Positions 44,321 to 57,066 of a DNA stretch of 64,000 nucleotides are shown piece by piece. This stretch comes from Gammaproteobacteria bacterium (GTDB taxonomy: Bacteria > Pseudomonadota > Gammaproteobacteria > Eutrophobiales > Eutrophobiaceae). Each line of letters starts with the position of its first letter. Positions within the stretch are counted from its first letter, which is position 1. The position numbers and the translations under genes were made by a program. The stretch lies in NCBI GenBank assembly GCA_965116495.1, contig OZ220696.1:1440001-1504000 (forward strand), read 5' to 3'. Under the pieces are notes generated by a model that searched no databases, had not been told where the DNA came from, and was given only the letters and a program-made list of their open reading frames with translations.

Positions 44321-46615
44321 ATGAAAACTTTGATATCTGTCACATACCTGATCAGCATAATTATCGTCCTGTTGCCCTTGAATGCCGTGGCGCAAGATGA
44401 AAGACCGCTGTTGGAAGAAATCATAGTCACCGCGGAAAAACGCTCCGAAAGCCTGCAGGACCTGTCCCAGGCCGTCACGGCGCTGTCCGGCGAGGACATA
44501 GATAACCGGAACATCACCAGCTTCGTGGATCTGAGCAACATCGCGCCGGGGGTGACAGTCGCCAAAAATGAAGGCTTCAAGACCGTGATCGCTATTCGCG
44601 GCGTGGGTAATGAGGCCAACCAGAACGCCATAGCCAATCCTTCCGTGTCTTATCACCTGGACGGTATTTATGTGGCCTCACCCTATGCATTGCACACGGA
44701 TTTCCTGGACCTGGAACGTATCGAAGTATTGCGCGGGCCCCAGGGAACCCTGTTCGGACAAAACTCTACTGGTGGCGCGATCAACGTGATCACCCAGGCG
44801 CCCGACACCGAGGAGTTTTCCGGTAAAGCCGATGTAACCGTGGGCAACTACAGCCTGATTCGGGCGCGGGGTTCGGTAAACGTCCCTATCAGTGACACCA
44901 TGGCCCTGCGCGCCTCCGTCGCGTCACACAACCACGACGGTTTCAGCAGGAATATCGTAATCGACCAGGAACTGGACCAGGCAGACAGTATCTCCGCCCG
45001 CGCCCGACTGCTCTGGGCGCCTGCGGATAACCTGCGCTTCAACTTCACCGCCCAGTATTACGATGAGAATACCAACGGCGCGGCGCAAAAAGGCATTCTT
45101 GACCCTACCCCCGGTGACCGTAAACTGGCGCAGGACTGGGACAACAGTTATGAACTGGAAAGCCAGTTGTACAGCCTGGTTGCCGAATGGGACCTACCTG
45201 CCTTCACGGTGCGCTCACTGAGCAGTTACCAGGACGATGATATCGCCGTGGTGCGGGATAACGACCGGCACGATTTTTTGACCCTCATCAACCAGGGCAT
45301 CTTTCTCCTGCCCAGTATCTTCGACCCCGAGACCAACCGGCAGAAGACCTTCACCCAGGAACTCAACATAATTTCCTCCGAACCTCTGTTCGGAAAGCTG
45401 GACTGGGTGGCGGGCGTTTTTTACCTGGATACGGAGGTGGATATTCTCATTCGTGAATACATAGACTTCAATACTGACGGTACCTACGGTCCCGGTACGG
45501 TCACGGTGGAGGAAGTGCTGAACTTCGGCGGGGAAGTCGGCTTCATCTCCGATTCCAAACCGGAGCGGGACTCGATCTCCGTGTACGGCCAGGGGACTTT
45601 CAACCTCACCGACAGCCTGCGCCTGGTAGCCGGCCTGCGGTATACGGATGATGAGGTTTACTCCGAGGTGACCAATTTCTTCGGCCGCGGCGGCAGCGCG
45701 GCTCTGGAGATACAAAGCGACAAGCTGACTGGCCGCGGCGTGGTGGAATACGACTTGAATGACGACACCATGGTGTATGTTTCGTACACCCGCGGCTTCA
45801 AGCCGGGCGGCAGTAACCTGACCTACGGCCGCGAGGACATCATCGCCCCCATCGTGGTGCTGCCCACCTTCAAGGATGAGACGGTTGAAGCCTGGGAACT
45901 GGGTATCAAGGCGGACTTTGCCGACAACCGGGTACGGTTGAACGCCGCGGCATTCTATTACGACTACAAGAACCTGCAATACCAGGCGACGGACCCCGAG
46001 TTGTTCGAGGGCGGTGTCGGCAACCTGCCTGAATCCGAGATCTACGGCGCAGAAGTGGAACTGCTCGGATTCATCACCGACAGTTTCAGCGTGGACGCCC
46101 GCCTGGCCTGGCTGGAAACCGAGGTGTCCGCCTCTCACCTGGCCCTGGATAACGTACGCTCGGACGATGCGACCAATGCCCTGTTGCCCGCATGCAATTT
46201 CAACATATTCTGTGATGACATCCAGCGCGCGCGCGCCGCCGCGGTGACGGACGTCAAGGGTAACGAACTGGCCAAGACACCCAATTTCACTGCGGATGTG
46301 ATGCTGCGCTACCGCGGGCGCCTGGGCAATTGGGGTGACTTCGAAGGCAGTGCACAATATATCTATCGCGACGGTTTCCAGCACCGTATCTTCAATAACC
46401 CGAAGACCGATGACGTGCCCAGCTATGACGTCGTCAACCTGATGCTCACCATCACACCGGACGCCTACCCCTGGTACGTCGACCTGATGGCGATGAACCT
46501 GGGCGATGAAGACGGCATCAATGCCCGCTTCACGGACGTCTTCGGAGTAGGCGCCACCGGGGATGAACTGATTGCACCCCGCCAGTACATGGTTCGCCTC
46601 GGCATGGAATTCTGA
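44321..46615 (+). CDS. TonB-dependent receptor
   Basis: Signal peptide, TonB box EEIIVTAEKR, DLERIEVLRGPQGTLFGQN, terminal Phe. TGATG overlap with ureD. Confidence 0.93.
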   Translation: MKTLISVTYLISIIIVLLPLNAVAQDERPLLEEIIVTAEKRSESLQDLSQAVTALSGEDIDNRNITSFVDLSNIAPGVTVAKNEGFKTVIAIRGVGNEANQNAIANPSVSYHLDGIYVASPYALHTDFLDLERIEVLRGPQGTLFGQNSTGGAINVITQAPDTEEFSGKADVTVGNYSLIRARGSVNVPISDTMALRASVASHNHDGFSRNIVIDQELDQADSISARARLLWAPADNLRFNFTAQYYDENTNGAAQKGILDPTPGDRKLAQDWDNSYELESQLYSLVAEWDLPAFTVRSLSSYQDDDIAVVRDNDRHDFLTLINQGIFLLPSIFDPETNRQKTFTQELNIISSEPLFGKLDWVAGVFYLDTEVDILIREYIDFNTDGTYGPGTVTVEEVLNFGGEVGFISDSKPERDSISVYGQGTFNLTDSLRLVAGLRYTDDEVYSEVTNFFGRGGSAALEIQSDKLTGRGVVEYDLNDDTMVYVSYTRGFKPGGSNLTYGREDIIAPIVVLPTFKDETVEAWELGIKADFADNRVRLNAAAFYYDYKNLQYQATDPELFEGGVGNLPESEIYGAEVELLGFITDSFSVDARLAWLETEVSASHLALDNVRSDDATNALLPACNFNIFCDDIQRARAAAVTDVKGNELAKTPNFTADVMLRYRGRLGNWGDFEGSAQYIYRDGFQHRIFNNPKTDDVPSYDVVNLMLTITPDAYPWYVDLMAMNLGDEDGINARFTDVFGVGATGDELIAPRQYMVRLGMEF

Positions 46616-47463
46616 TGGCGTTGTCTGCGGCGCAGTCCTGGCCGGCAAACGTCGAACTGGGCCTGCGCTCCGAAGCCGGCAGGACCCGTCTGGCGCGCTG
46701 TTCCCACAATGGCCCCCTGTATGTGCAAAGACCCTTTTACCCGGAAGGCAAGGAGCACCCCCACCTGTACCTGCTGCACCCTCCCGGCGGTATTGTCTCA
46801 GGCGATTGTCTGGATATTGAGGTTGACGTCGCCGCCGACAGCGGCGCCCTGGTCACCACGCCCGGCGCGACCCGGGTTTACCGGGCCCGTGACGACAATC
46901 CGCTACAACGCCAGCGCTGCCGCCTGCGCCTTGGTACGGATGCAGTTCTGGAATGGTTCCCCATGGAAACCATTGTGTTCGACGGCGCCTGGGTAGAGCT
47001 GGAAACAACGGTGGAGTTGGCCCGGAACAGTCGTTTTGTCGGTTGGGAGGTAAGTTGCTTCGGACTGCCTGCAAGCCAGCAACCCTTCCGTAGTGGACGT
47101 TTTTCACAGCGTTACCGTGTGCTGCAGGAGGGAACGCCGGTATTCGTCGAGAGCTTCTCCCTGGATGAAGATAATCGCGAGGCGATGCTGCACGGTCCGG
47201 CAGGGTTGTGTGGCCAACCGGTTACCGGCATTTTTCTGGCCGGGCCCATCGCTGCCGAAAAACACGCTCCCTTGCTGGAATTACTACGACAGGCAGCGCC
47301 GGAGTCCAACGTGGCGATAAGCTGGCTGGGTAACTTTCTGGTGGGACGTTATCTTGGCAACAGCGCACACAGCGCACGCAAACAGTACAGCGCCTGGTGG
47401 CGGACCCTGCGTCCGTCACTACTCGGACGCAACGCCTGTGCGCCGCGTATCTGGTCTACATAA
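46615..47463 (+). CDS. ureD: Urease accessory protein UreD
   Basis: GPLYVQRPFYPEG, LLHPPGGIVSGD, PRIWST. Confidence 0.93.
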   Translation: MALSAAQSWPANVELGLRSEAGRTRLARCSHNGPLYVQRPFYPEGKEHPHLYLLHPPGGIVSGDCLDIEVDVAADSGALVTTPGATRVYRARDDNPLQRQRCRLRLGTDAVLEWFPMETIVFDGAWVELETTVELARNSRFVGWEVSCFGLPASQQPFRSGRFSQRYRVLQEGTPVFVESFSLDEDNREAMLHGPAGLCGQPVTGIFLAGPIAAEKHAPLLELLRQAAPESNVAISWLGNFLVGRYLGNSAHSARKQYSAWWRTLRPSLLGRNACAPRIWST

Positions 47464-47478
47464 ACAGAGAATAACAGT

Positions 47479-47781
47479 ATGGAGTTGCTGCCGAGAGAGA
47501 AAGACAAACTGCTGGTGTTTGCCGCGGCGCTGCTGGCGGAACGTCGCCTGAACAGGGGACTCAAGCTTAACTACCCGGAGGCCGTAGCTTACCTGTCGCT
47601 GGAGATCATGGAAGGCGCACGCGACGGAAAAACGGTAGCGGAATTAATGAGCTACGGCAAGAATATACTCTGTGCAGACCAGGTAATGGACGGCGTGGTG
47701 GAAATGATCAAGGATGTACAGGTAGAAGCCACTTTTCCGGACGGAACCAAGCTGGTTACCGTACATGATCCCATCCGTTAA
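47479..47781 (+). CDS. ureA: Urease gamma subunit
   Basis: [11 protein letters not shown]...[14 protein letters not shown]. Confidence 0.97.
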   Translation: MELLPREKDKLLVFAAALLAERRLNRGLKLNYPEAVAYLSLEIMEGARDGKTVAELMSYGKNILCADQVMDGVVEMIKDVQVEATFPDGTKLVTVHDPIR

Positions 47782-47794
47782 TAGTTATAGCACT

Positions 47795-48120
47795 ATGATC
47801 CCTGGTGAAATCCTCGTGGCCGAGGGTGAAATCAACCTGAACCAGGGACGGGAGACCCTGACCTTGCTGGTAAAAAACAGCGGAGACCGGCCGGTGCAGG
47901 TCAGTTCCCACTACCATTTTTTTGAGACGAATCCCGCCTTGCTGTTCGATCGTGGCCGGACTCGGGGGTTTCGCCTGAATATTGCCTCCGGCACCGCCGT
48001 CCGGTTTGAGCCGGGGCAGGACCGGGAGGTGGAACTGGTCGCCTACGTCGGCATTCGCAAGGTATACGGTTTTCGAGGTGATATAATGGGCTCGCTGGAT
48101 GGAGAGTCAGCGGGTGAAAC

Positions 48121-48124
<4 letters not shown>
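47795..48124 (+). CDS. ureB: Urease beta subunit
   Basis: [29 protein letters not shown]. Confidence 0.96.
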
Positions 48125-49824
<1,700 letters not shown>

Positions 49825-49832
49825 GGAATGCC

Positions 49833-50285
49833 ATGCTGGAAGTCTATGAACTGCTGGCCCATCTGGAACCTGGTTCTGACGCCGAGGTACTGGCGCTTGA
49901 CCACCTGCAACGAGAGAAGGGCAGGTTCAAAACCTTCCTGGCTGACGGCACCGAGGTTCGAGTCTTCCTGGAGCGGGGCAACGTCCTGCACCTCGGTCAG
50001 GGACTGCGCAGCGCCTGCGGCCGGCACCTGGTGGTAACCGGAGCGACGGAATCGGTCGTCCTGGCACACACCGACGATTGGTCTGTATTCGCCAGCGCCT
50101 GTTATCACCTTGGCAATCGACATGTGCGATTGCAGATAGGGGAGCGTTGGCTGCGTATGACCCCCGATCACGTGCTGGAGGAAATGCTGGTGAAACTGGG
50201 CCTGGAGGTGGTTCACCAGGAGGCAGTTTTCGAACCGGAGTCGGGGGCTTACAGTGGAGCCGGTCATGCCCATCACCACCACTGA
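49833..50285 (+). CDS. ureE: Urease accessory protein UreE
   Basis: YHLGNRH, FEPESGAY, His-rich tail. Confidence 0.93.
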   Translation: MLEVYELLAHLEPGSDAEVLALDHLQREKGRFKTFLADGTEVRVFLERGNVLHLGQGLRSACGRHLVVTGATESVVLAHTDDWSVFASACYHLGNRHVRLQIGERWLRMTPDHVLEEMLVKLGLEVVHQEAVFEPESGAYSGAGHAHHHH

Positions 50286-50943
50286 AAGCGCGTTACTGCG
50301 CCTGCTGCAATTAAGCAGCGCCGCCCTGCCCGTAGGGGGCTACTCCTTCTCCCAGGGCCTGGAGGCGGCGGCAGAAGAAGGCTGGTTGCGCAACAGGGAA
50401 GAGATTAATGCCTGGTTGTCATTACAGTTGAGCGAAGGTCATGCAAAGGTTGATCTGCCTTTGCTGCTGCGCCAGATGGACGCTGCCCGGCGGCGCAATG
50501 CAGGTGACCTGCGCCGCTGGAATGCCTGGATCCTTGCCTGCCGGGATACGACCGAATTGCGTTCGGCGGAGATTGCAATGGGTGAAGCCCTGTTGCGTCT
50601 GGCGCCTCCTCTTAACATTGAGGTACCCTGGCAGGCGCAGGGTGAAACTGCGTTCATTACCAGCTTTGCGATGGTGGCAACACACTGGCACATTGAGCCG
50701 CAACTCGCCTGCCATGGCTATCTCTGGAGCTGGTTGGAAAACCAGGTCGCCGCAGCAACCCGCCTGACAGCGCTGGGACAAACGGCGGCGCAGCAGTTGC
50801 TGGACAGCGTCATGGGTGAGTTGCCGGGTATCGTCAATAAGGCTGGGCAGCTTGCCGACGAGGAAATCGGCAGTTCCCTGCCGGCCCTGGCACTGGCCAG
50901 TAGCCGGCACGAGCAACAATACTGCCGGTTATTCAGGTCCTGA
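50266..50943 (+). CDS. ureF: Urease accessory protein UreF
   Basis: LPVGGYSFSQGLE, RHEQQYCRLFRS. Confidence 0.93.
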   Translation: MPITTTESALLRLLQLSSAALPVGGYSFSQGLEAAAEEGWLRNREEINAWLSLQLSEGHAKVDLPLLLRQMDAARRRNAGDLRRWNAWILACRDTTELRSAEIAMGEALLRLAPPLNIEVPWQAQGETAFITSFAMVATHWHIEPQLACHGYLWSWLENQVAAATRLTALGQTAAQQLLDSVMGELPGIVNKAGQLADEEIGSSLPALALASSRHEQQYCRLFRS

Positions 50944-50984
50944 GAAGAAACCATACCAGATGATTACAGACAATCCGGAGACTT

Positions 50985-51620
50985 ATGCAAACTAAACAAA
51001 CCCTGAGGGTTGGCGTCGGTGGACCGGTAGGTTCAGGCAAGACCGCGTTATTGAAGGCATTGTGCCAGGCGCTGCGCGATCACTACGATATATGTGTCGT
51101 CACCAATGACATCTACACCCGTGAAGATGCCGAGTTTCTTACCCGCCACCAGGCGCTGGAGGCGGACCGCATCATCGGCGTAGAGACGGGAGGTTGCCCG
51201 CATACGGCCATCCGTGAAGATGCTTCGATGAACCTGGCAGCCATCGATACGCTGCAACAGCGTCACGGCGAAGTAGACCTGGTGTTTGTGGAAAGCGGAG
51301 GTGACAACCTCAGCGCTACCTTCAGCCCCGAACTCTCGGACCTGACCCTCTACGTGATAGACGTGTCGGCCGGGGACAAAATCCCGCGCAAGGGAGGACC
51401 GGGCATCACCCGCTCCGACCTGTTGATCATCAACAAGACAGACCTGGCTCCCAGCGTCGGCGCTTCCCTCGATGTCATGGATCGCGATGCCCGCAGGATG
51501 CGCAAGGACAAGCCCTTCGTTTTCTCCAATCTCAAGACCGGTGAAGGCCTTGAGGCCATCATCCGCTTTATCGTCACCGAGGGCATGCTCCCTGACACCC
51601 TGCGGGCGACATGTAATTGA
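50985..51620 (+). CDS. ureG: Urease accessory GTPase UreG
   Basis: [25 protein letters not shown]. Confidence 0.97.
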   Translation: MQTKQTLRVGVGGPVGSGKTALLKALCQALRDHYDICVVTNDIYTREDAEFLTRHQALEADRIIGVETGGCPHTAIREDASMNLAAIDTLQQRHGEVDLVFVESGGDNLSATFSPELSDLTLYVIDVSAGDKIPRKGGPGITRSDLLIINKTDLAPSVGASLDVMDRDARRMRKDKPFVFSNLKTGEGLEAIIRFIVTEGMLPDTLRATCN

Positions 51621-51745
51621 CTTTTTTCGACATCGCCAACCGGCACTTAAGATGTAAATCCGATATTTGGTAGACTATACGGCTGTAACCAGACTCCCGG
51701 CAAGAGAACTCCTTATTCTTTTCACTACTGATTGCCTGGCATACA

Positions 51746-54172
51746 ATGAAGAACAGCACGGACAGTCATGCCCGCATCGTCATCGTTGGGGGCGGTATCA
51801 TGGGAGTCGGACTGCTCTACCACCTGGCTGAAGAGGGTTGCACTGACGTTCTCCTGATCGAGAAAGGCGAGCTTACCTCGGGTTCGACCTGGCATGCAGC
51901 CGGGCAATGCCCGAACTTCGTCGGTAATTACAATCTCGCCAAGATCCATGAATACAGTATCTCCTTATATAAGAGACTGGAGGAACTCACCGGACAGTCT
52001 GTCAGTTGGCACACGTCGGGCAGTGTCAGGTTCGCGTTGACCGAACGCGACTTGGACTGGTTTAAATTTGTGAAGGGGATCGCAGACAACGTCGGGTTTC
52101 ACATGGAAATCATAGGCGTCGACCGGATCAGGAAGCTCAACCCGTTCATATCCACCGACGGCGTCCTGGCCGGCGCCTGGACACGCGATGACGGTCATGC
52201 GGACCCGGCGGGTCTTACCAACGCGATGGCCCGCGGCGCGCGCAACATGGGCGCCACAATCGTCCGGCATAACCGGGTCGTCGATATCAACCCGCTGCCT
52301 TCCGGGGAATGGCAGGTGGTGACCGAGAAGGGCGTCGTCATTGCGGAAACCGTCGTCAACGCAGCCGGGTGTTACGCAAGGCAGGTGGCGCAAATGGTGG
52401 GCACGGACCTGCCCATCTGTAATATTCAACATCACTATCTCGTCTCCGGCCCGATCCAGGAATTTATCGACAGGGAGGAAGAGATCCCGGTGATGCGCGA
52501 CCCGTATGCCTCGGCCTACCTGCGCCAGGAACAGAAATCCGGCCTCATCGGCATTTATGAGCACGATAACCTTGCCGAAGCGTGGCCGCCGCAGGGGCTG
52601 CCGGAGTGGGAGTCAGACAGCGAACTGTTTGACGAGGACCTGGATCGCCTGATGCCGTGGCTGGAGCGCGCGATGGAGCGTATGCCGATCATCGAAAACG
52701 CCGGCCTCAAACGAATCGTTAACGGCGCCATTCCCCATTCTGCCGATGGCCCGCCTCTTCTGGGACCTGTAGCCGGTCTCAAGAATTTCTGGCTCTGTTG
52801 CGGTTCCTCGTTCGGCATTGCCCAGGGTGCGGGCTGCGGCAAGTACCTGGCGCAGTGGATGCTCTACGGTGACGCGGAGATCAACATGACCGGGTTCGAC
52901 CCTCGCCGTTTCGGCACCTTTGCCGATGATAGCTACATGAAGGCAAAAGGACGCCAGGATTACGGCATGACCTATTTTACCCCGCTCCCCGGTGAAGAGC
53001 TGCCCGCCGCCCGGCCGCAGCGCGTCAGCCCGCTGTACGAAAAGCTGAAGGCGCGGGGCTGCGTATATACCGAGACATTCGGCTGGGAACGGCCCAAATG
53101 GTTCTCTCCGGATGCTCGTGAAGAAGAATACGACTACCGCCGCAACAACGTATTCGACGTAGTGCGTAATGAGTGCCTGGCGGTGCGCGAGCGGGCCGGC
53201 ATCCTGGATTTATCGGGTTTTGCCAAGTACGACGTGACCGGCGCCGGCGCCCAGGCGTTCCTGGACCGTATTTGCGCCAACAGGATGCCGCAAATGAACG
53301 GCATAGTCCTTGCGCACGTACTTTCCGAAGGCGGACGTATCGGCGGCGAGATGACGATCACGCATCTTGCCGACGATCATTTCTACGTATTGTCCGCCGC
53401 CGGCGCCGAGCTGCGCGACCTTGATCATTTGATCCGGTCAGCGCAGGCAGATGAACAAGTCCGGGTCGCCAACGTCACCGATGAACGGGGTGTGCTGGTA
53501 CTTGCCGGACCGCGCGCGCGGGATGTCCTTGCCCGGCTTACGGACACACCCCTGGACAGCGGCGCGTTCCGCTGGTTGAGCGGCAGGGAAATTACCGTGG
53601 CGGGACAACCAGTCCGGGCGTTGCGGGTCAACTACGTCGGTGAACTGGGTTGGGAGTTGCACCCGCCGATGGAATACATGGAAGAGTTATACGATGCCAT
53701 TCAGGAAGCCGGCGCAGCGGCCGGTATTGCCGATTTCGGGCTGTACGCCGTCAACAGCCTGCGCATGGAGAAGGCGTACCGGGGCTGGGGGGCGGAGTTG
53801 ACCAACGAGGTTACGATGATCGATGCCGACATGGCGCGATTTATCCGGTTTGACAAGGGAGACTTCGTGGGCCGGCAGGCCACGCTGGACCAACAGGATC
53901 GAATCATGCAACTCGTGTATTTCGAGGTCGATGCAACTGACTCGGATATTCGGGGCAGTGAACCCATGTATAGGGGCGATGAATGCGTCGGAGTGACGAC
54001 GTCCGGCAGTTACGGCCATTACGTGCAAAAAAGTCTGGGCTTTGGTTACGTGACCCCGGAACTGGCCGCACCCGGCACGGAGTTGAGTATTGACCTCCTC
54101 GGAGAACGCTGTCAGGCAAGGGTACTGAAGGATCCGGCTTATGACCCTGCCAATGAACGACTAAGGATATAA
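51746..54172 (+). CDS. FAD/folate GcvT-family dehydrogenase (dimethylglycine dehydrogenase-like)
   Basis: GGGIMG, SGSTWHAAG, SLRMEKAYR; C-terminal GcvT domain. Confidence 0.88.
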   Translation: MKNSTDSHARIVIVGGGIMGVGLLYHLAEEGCTDVLLIEKGELTSGSTWHAAGQCPNFVGNYNLAKIHEYSISLYKRLEELTGQSVSWHTSGSVRFALTERDLDWFKFVKGIADNVGFHMEIIGVDRIRKLNPFISTDGVLAGAWTRDDGHADPAGLTNAMARGARNMGATIVRHNRVVDINPLPSGEWQVVTEKGVVIAETVVNAAGCYARQVAQMVGTDLPICNIQHHYLVSGPIQEFIDREEEIPVMRDPYASAYLRQEQKSGLIGIYEHDNLAEAWPPQGLPEWESDSELFDEDLDRLMPWLERAMERMPIIENAGLKRIVNGAIPHSADGPPLLGPVAGLKNFWLCCGSSFGIAQGAGCGKYLAQWMLYGDAEINMTGFDPRRFGTFADDSYMKAKGRQDYGMTYFTPLPGEELPAARPQRVSPLYEKLKARGCVYTETFGWERPKWFSPDAREEEYDYRRNNVFDVVRNECLAVRERAGILDLSGFAKYDVTGAGAQAFLDRICANRMPQMNGIVLAHVLSEGGRIGGEMTITHLADDHFYVLSAAGAELRDLDHLIRSAQADEQVRVANVTDERGVLVLAGPRARDVLARLTDTPLDSGAFRWLSGREITVAGQPVRALRVNYVGELGWELHPPMEYMEELYDAIQEAGAAAGIADFGLYAVNSLRMEKAYRGWGAELTNEVTMIDADMARFIRFDKGDFVGRQATLDQQDRIMQLVYFEVDATDSDIRGSEPMYRGDECVGVTTSGSYGHYVQKSLGFGYVTPELAAPGTELSIDLLGERCQARVLKDPAYDPANERLRI

Positions 54173-54240
54173 CGGCCTGAAACTTTAGTATTGTTCGATG
54201 AGTTATCTTGACGAAATAACCACGCAGTATCAGTCAGCCG

Positions 54241-54409
54241 CGTCATTCCGGGGGAAGCCGGAATCCAGTGAAACAGAACGCCGCCTTTGGCAGCACGTTA
54301 TTGGACTGGATTCCGGCTTCCGCCGGAACGACGACGAGAGGCGCGGAAGGACGACGGGGGACGCGGTATGACGACGAGGGACGCGGTATGACGACGAGGG
54401 ACGCGGTAT
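54241..54409. repeat. REP pair followed by a 4 x 20-bp tandem repeat
   Basis: REPs at 54241-54269 and 54305-54333; GACGACGAGGGACGCGGTAT units at 54330-54409. Confidence 0.85.
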
Positions 54410-54433
54410 GATAGTCCTGTCAGTTGGCTGATA

Positions 54434-56890
54434 GTGTCCAATACACCAGCCAATCTCCCCGAGCGCGCCGACGTGGTGATCATCGGTGGCGGCGTGATCG
54501 GCTGCTCAATCGCTTATCACCTGGCAAAATTCCACTCGCCGGACGTTGTACTGCTGGAGCGCAAACAGATCACATCCGGAACCACCTGGCATGCGGCTGG
54601 CCTGATCGGGCAGTTGCGCGGCTCCATCAATATGACCAAGCTCGCCCGTTACACCAGGGAACTCTACGACGGCCTGGAGGCGGAAACGGGACAGGCGACG
54701 GGCTACCGGCAATGCGGATCGGTCTCAATCGCCACCAGTGAAGAACGCTTCGAGGAACTGAAACGCAACGCATCGATGGCGCAGGTGTTCGGACTGAAAG
54801 TCGATGTCGTCACACCCGGAGCAATCAAGGAGCGGGTACCGCTGCTTCATACCGACGACGTGCTCGGCGGGATACATATTCCTTCCGACGGATACGGCAA
54901 CGCGGTCGATATCACCCAGGCACTGGCCAAAGGGGCACGGGCCAACGGCGCGCGGATTTACCAGAACGTGCCGGTAACGGCAATTCGTACCGGCGCCGGA
55001 CGGGCCACCGGCGTCAGCACCGGGTACGGCGATATGGATGCCGGCCACGTGGTGCTCTGCGCCGGTATGTGGACGCGGGACCTGGCCGCCACAATCGGGG
55101 TCAACGTCCCGCTGCACGCCTGCGAGCACTACTACGCGCTGTTTGAATCCGTCCGGGGACTGGATGAAAACCTGCCGGTGATACGCGACTACGACGCCTG
55201 CACCTATTACAAACACGACGCCGGCAAATTACTGGTAGGTGCGTTTGAACCCAGCGCCCGCCCCTGGGGTATGGGCGGCATTCCCGAAGACTTCTGCTTC
55301 GATGAGATTGCCGGTAATTTCGATCACTTCGAGCCAATCCTGAGTGATGCCATGGCGCGCGTGCCCGCGCTGGAATCGGCAGGAATACAGAAGTTCTTTT
55401 GCGGTCCGGAGAGCTTTACCCCGGACGTTCGTTACCATCTCGGCCAGGCGCCCGGTTTCGGGAATTGCTTTGTCGCCGCGGGCTTGAACTCAATCGGTCT
55501 GCAGTCCGCGGGGGGAATAGGAAAAGTCATGGCGGAATGGATCCGCGCCGGGCAGCCGCCGGCCGACCTCTGGGAAGTGGACGTGCGGCGCAACATGCCT
55601 TTCCAGGGCAACCGCAAATACCTGCGTGAGCGCGTATCCGAGAGCCTGGGCCTGCTCTACGCCAGGCACTACCCTTTTCGCCAATATGAGACTGCGCGGG
55701 GCGTGCGCAGGTCACCGCTTTACGATTGCCTGAAATCAGCAGGCGCCTGTCACGGTGAAACGGCCGGGTGGGAACGGCCGAACTGGTACGCGCCCCGGGG
55801 AGTGGAAGCCAGGTACGAATACAGTTACGGGCGCCAGAACTGGTTCGAATACTCGGCTGCCGAACACAGGGCGGTACGTGACAACGTCGGCCTGTTCGAC
55901 CAGTCGTCCTTCGCCAAGTACCGCCTGGAAGGAAGAGACGCGGCGCGGGTGCTGAACCATATTTGCGCCAACGACGTTGACGTCCGGCCCGGCCGTATCG
56001 TCTACACGCAATGGTTGAACGAGAAGGGCGGGATCGAAGCAGATCTGACGGTCACGCGTCTTGCGGAGGACAGCTTCCTGATCGTCACGGCTGCTGCCAC
56101 GGAAGTGCGCGATTTCCACTGGCTCAGACAACATATCCCAGACGCTGCCCATTGCGTGTTGACCAACGTGACATCGGCCATGGGCGTCATTTCCGTAATG
56201 GGTCCGAATGCGCGCAAACTGCTGCAACCATTGACACCGGCCGACCTGTCGAATGAGGCGTTCGGCTTTGCTACCAGCCGGGAGATAGAACTGGGTTACG
56301 CATTGGTGCGCGCTTCAAGAATTACCTTCGTCGGTGAGTTGGGCTGGGAGCTTTATATACCGACCGAGTTCGTAGCTGGAGTATACGAAACGATTGTCGC
56401 TGCCGGCGAGACGGCCGGTCTGGCCCACGCTGGTTATCATGCCCTCGATTCCCTGCGCATGGAAAAAGCCTACCGCCATTGGAGTCACGATATCACCGAC
56501 GAGGACACGCCGCTCGAAGCGGGCCTGGAATTTACGGTAAAGTTCGACAAGCCGGGCGGTTTCATCGGCCGCGACGCGTTACTGAAACAAAAGGAGCAAG
56601 GCATACGCAGACGCCTGTTGCAATTCAGGCTGCTGGATCCTGAACCCCTGCTTTACCACAACGAACCGATCTGGCACCGGGACAGGATTATCGGCCACGT
56701 GACATCCGGTAGTTACGGTCATACCCTGGGCGGAAGCATCGGCCTGGGCTACGTCGACACGTCGGAGGTTCGCGACCTGGAGGAGTTCGCCGGAGATGCG
56801 TTCGAAATCGAAGTGGCAGGCGCCCGCATCAGGGCTGAGGCTTCGCTGCGCCCCATGTACGATCCCGATGGGAGGAGAATTAGGAATTGA
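54434..56890 (+). CDS. FAD/folate GcvT-family dehydrogenase (sarcosine dehydrogenase/4-methylaminobutanoate oxidase-like)
   Basis: GGGVIG, SGTTWHAAG, GPESFTPD, GLNSIG, SLRMEKAYR. The stop codon lies inside the heptamer array. Confidence 0.88.
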   Translation: MSNTPANLPERADVVIIGGGVIGCSIAYHLAKFHSPDVVLLERKQITSGTTWHAAGLIGQLRGSINMTKLARYTRELYDGLEAETGQATGYRQCGSVSIATSEERFEELKRNASMAQVFGLKVDVVTPGAIKERVPLLHTDDVLGGIHIPSDGYGNAVDITQALAKGARANGARIYQNVPVTAIRTGAGRATGVSTGYGDMDAGHVVLCAGMWTRDLAATIGVNVPLHACEHYYALFESVRGLDENLPVIRDYDACTYYKHDAGKLLVGAFEPSARPWGMGGIPEDFCFDEIAGNFDHFEPILSDAMARVPALESAGIQKFFCGPESFTPDVRYHLGQAPGFGNCFVAAGLNSIGLQSAGGIGKVMAEWIRAGQPPADLWEVDVRRNMPFQGNRKYLRERVSESLGLLYARHYPFRQYETARGVRRSPLYDCLKSAGACHGETAGWERPNWYAPRGVEARYEYSYGRQNWFEYSAAEHRAVRDNVGLFDQSSFAKYRLEGRDAARVLNHICANDVDVRPGRIVYTQWLNEKGGIEADLTVTRLAEDSFLIVTAAATEVRDFHWLRQHIPDAAHCVLTNVTSAMGVISVMGPNARKLLQPLTPADLSNEAFGFATSREIELGYALVRASRITFVGELGWELYIPTEFVAGVYETIVAAGETAGLAHAGYHALDSLRMEKAYRHWSHDITDEDTPLEAGLEFTVKFDKPGGFIGRDALLKQKEQGIRRRLLQFRLLDPEPLLYHNEPIWHRDRIIGHVTSGSYGHTLGGSIGLGYVDTSEVRDLEEFAGDAFEIEVAGARIRAEASLRPMYDPDGRRIRN

Positions 56891-57066
56891 GAATTACGAA
56901 TTAGGAATTACGAATTACGAATTAGGAATTGGGGGGTACTGCGTCACAGTGTACCATGAACAGGCCTGCGGAAAATATGCGATTCTATGGTAAATGGCCG
57001 CCGCAGGCGGCATATTCATTCGTAATTCGTAATTCCTAATTCGTAATTCCTAATTGATCCTAATTC
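56877..57066. repeat. Inverted heptamer-array element, copy 2
   Basis: 8 x GAATT(AG/AC/GA/GG) at 56877-56932; GCCGCCGCAGGCGGCATATTCATTC; 5-6 inverted heptamers at 57022-57066. Confidence 0.85.

Noticed and set aside
45215-46648. 477-aa antisense ORF (also 33068-34255, 29868-30893 and many shorter ones)
   Set aside because: These are shadows of GC-rich genes on the opposite strand, with no recognisable motifs.
54330-54409. 20-bp tandem repeats as a CRISPR array
   Set aside because: The units are contiguous with no unique spacers, and there are no cas genes in the window.
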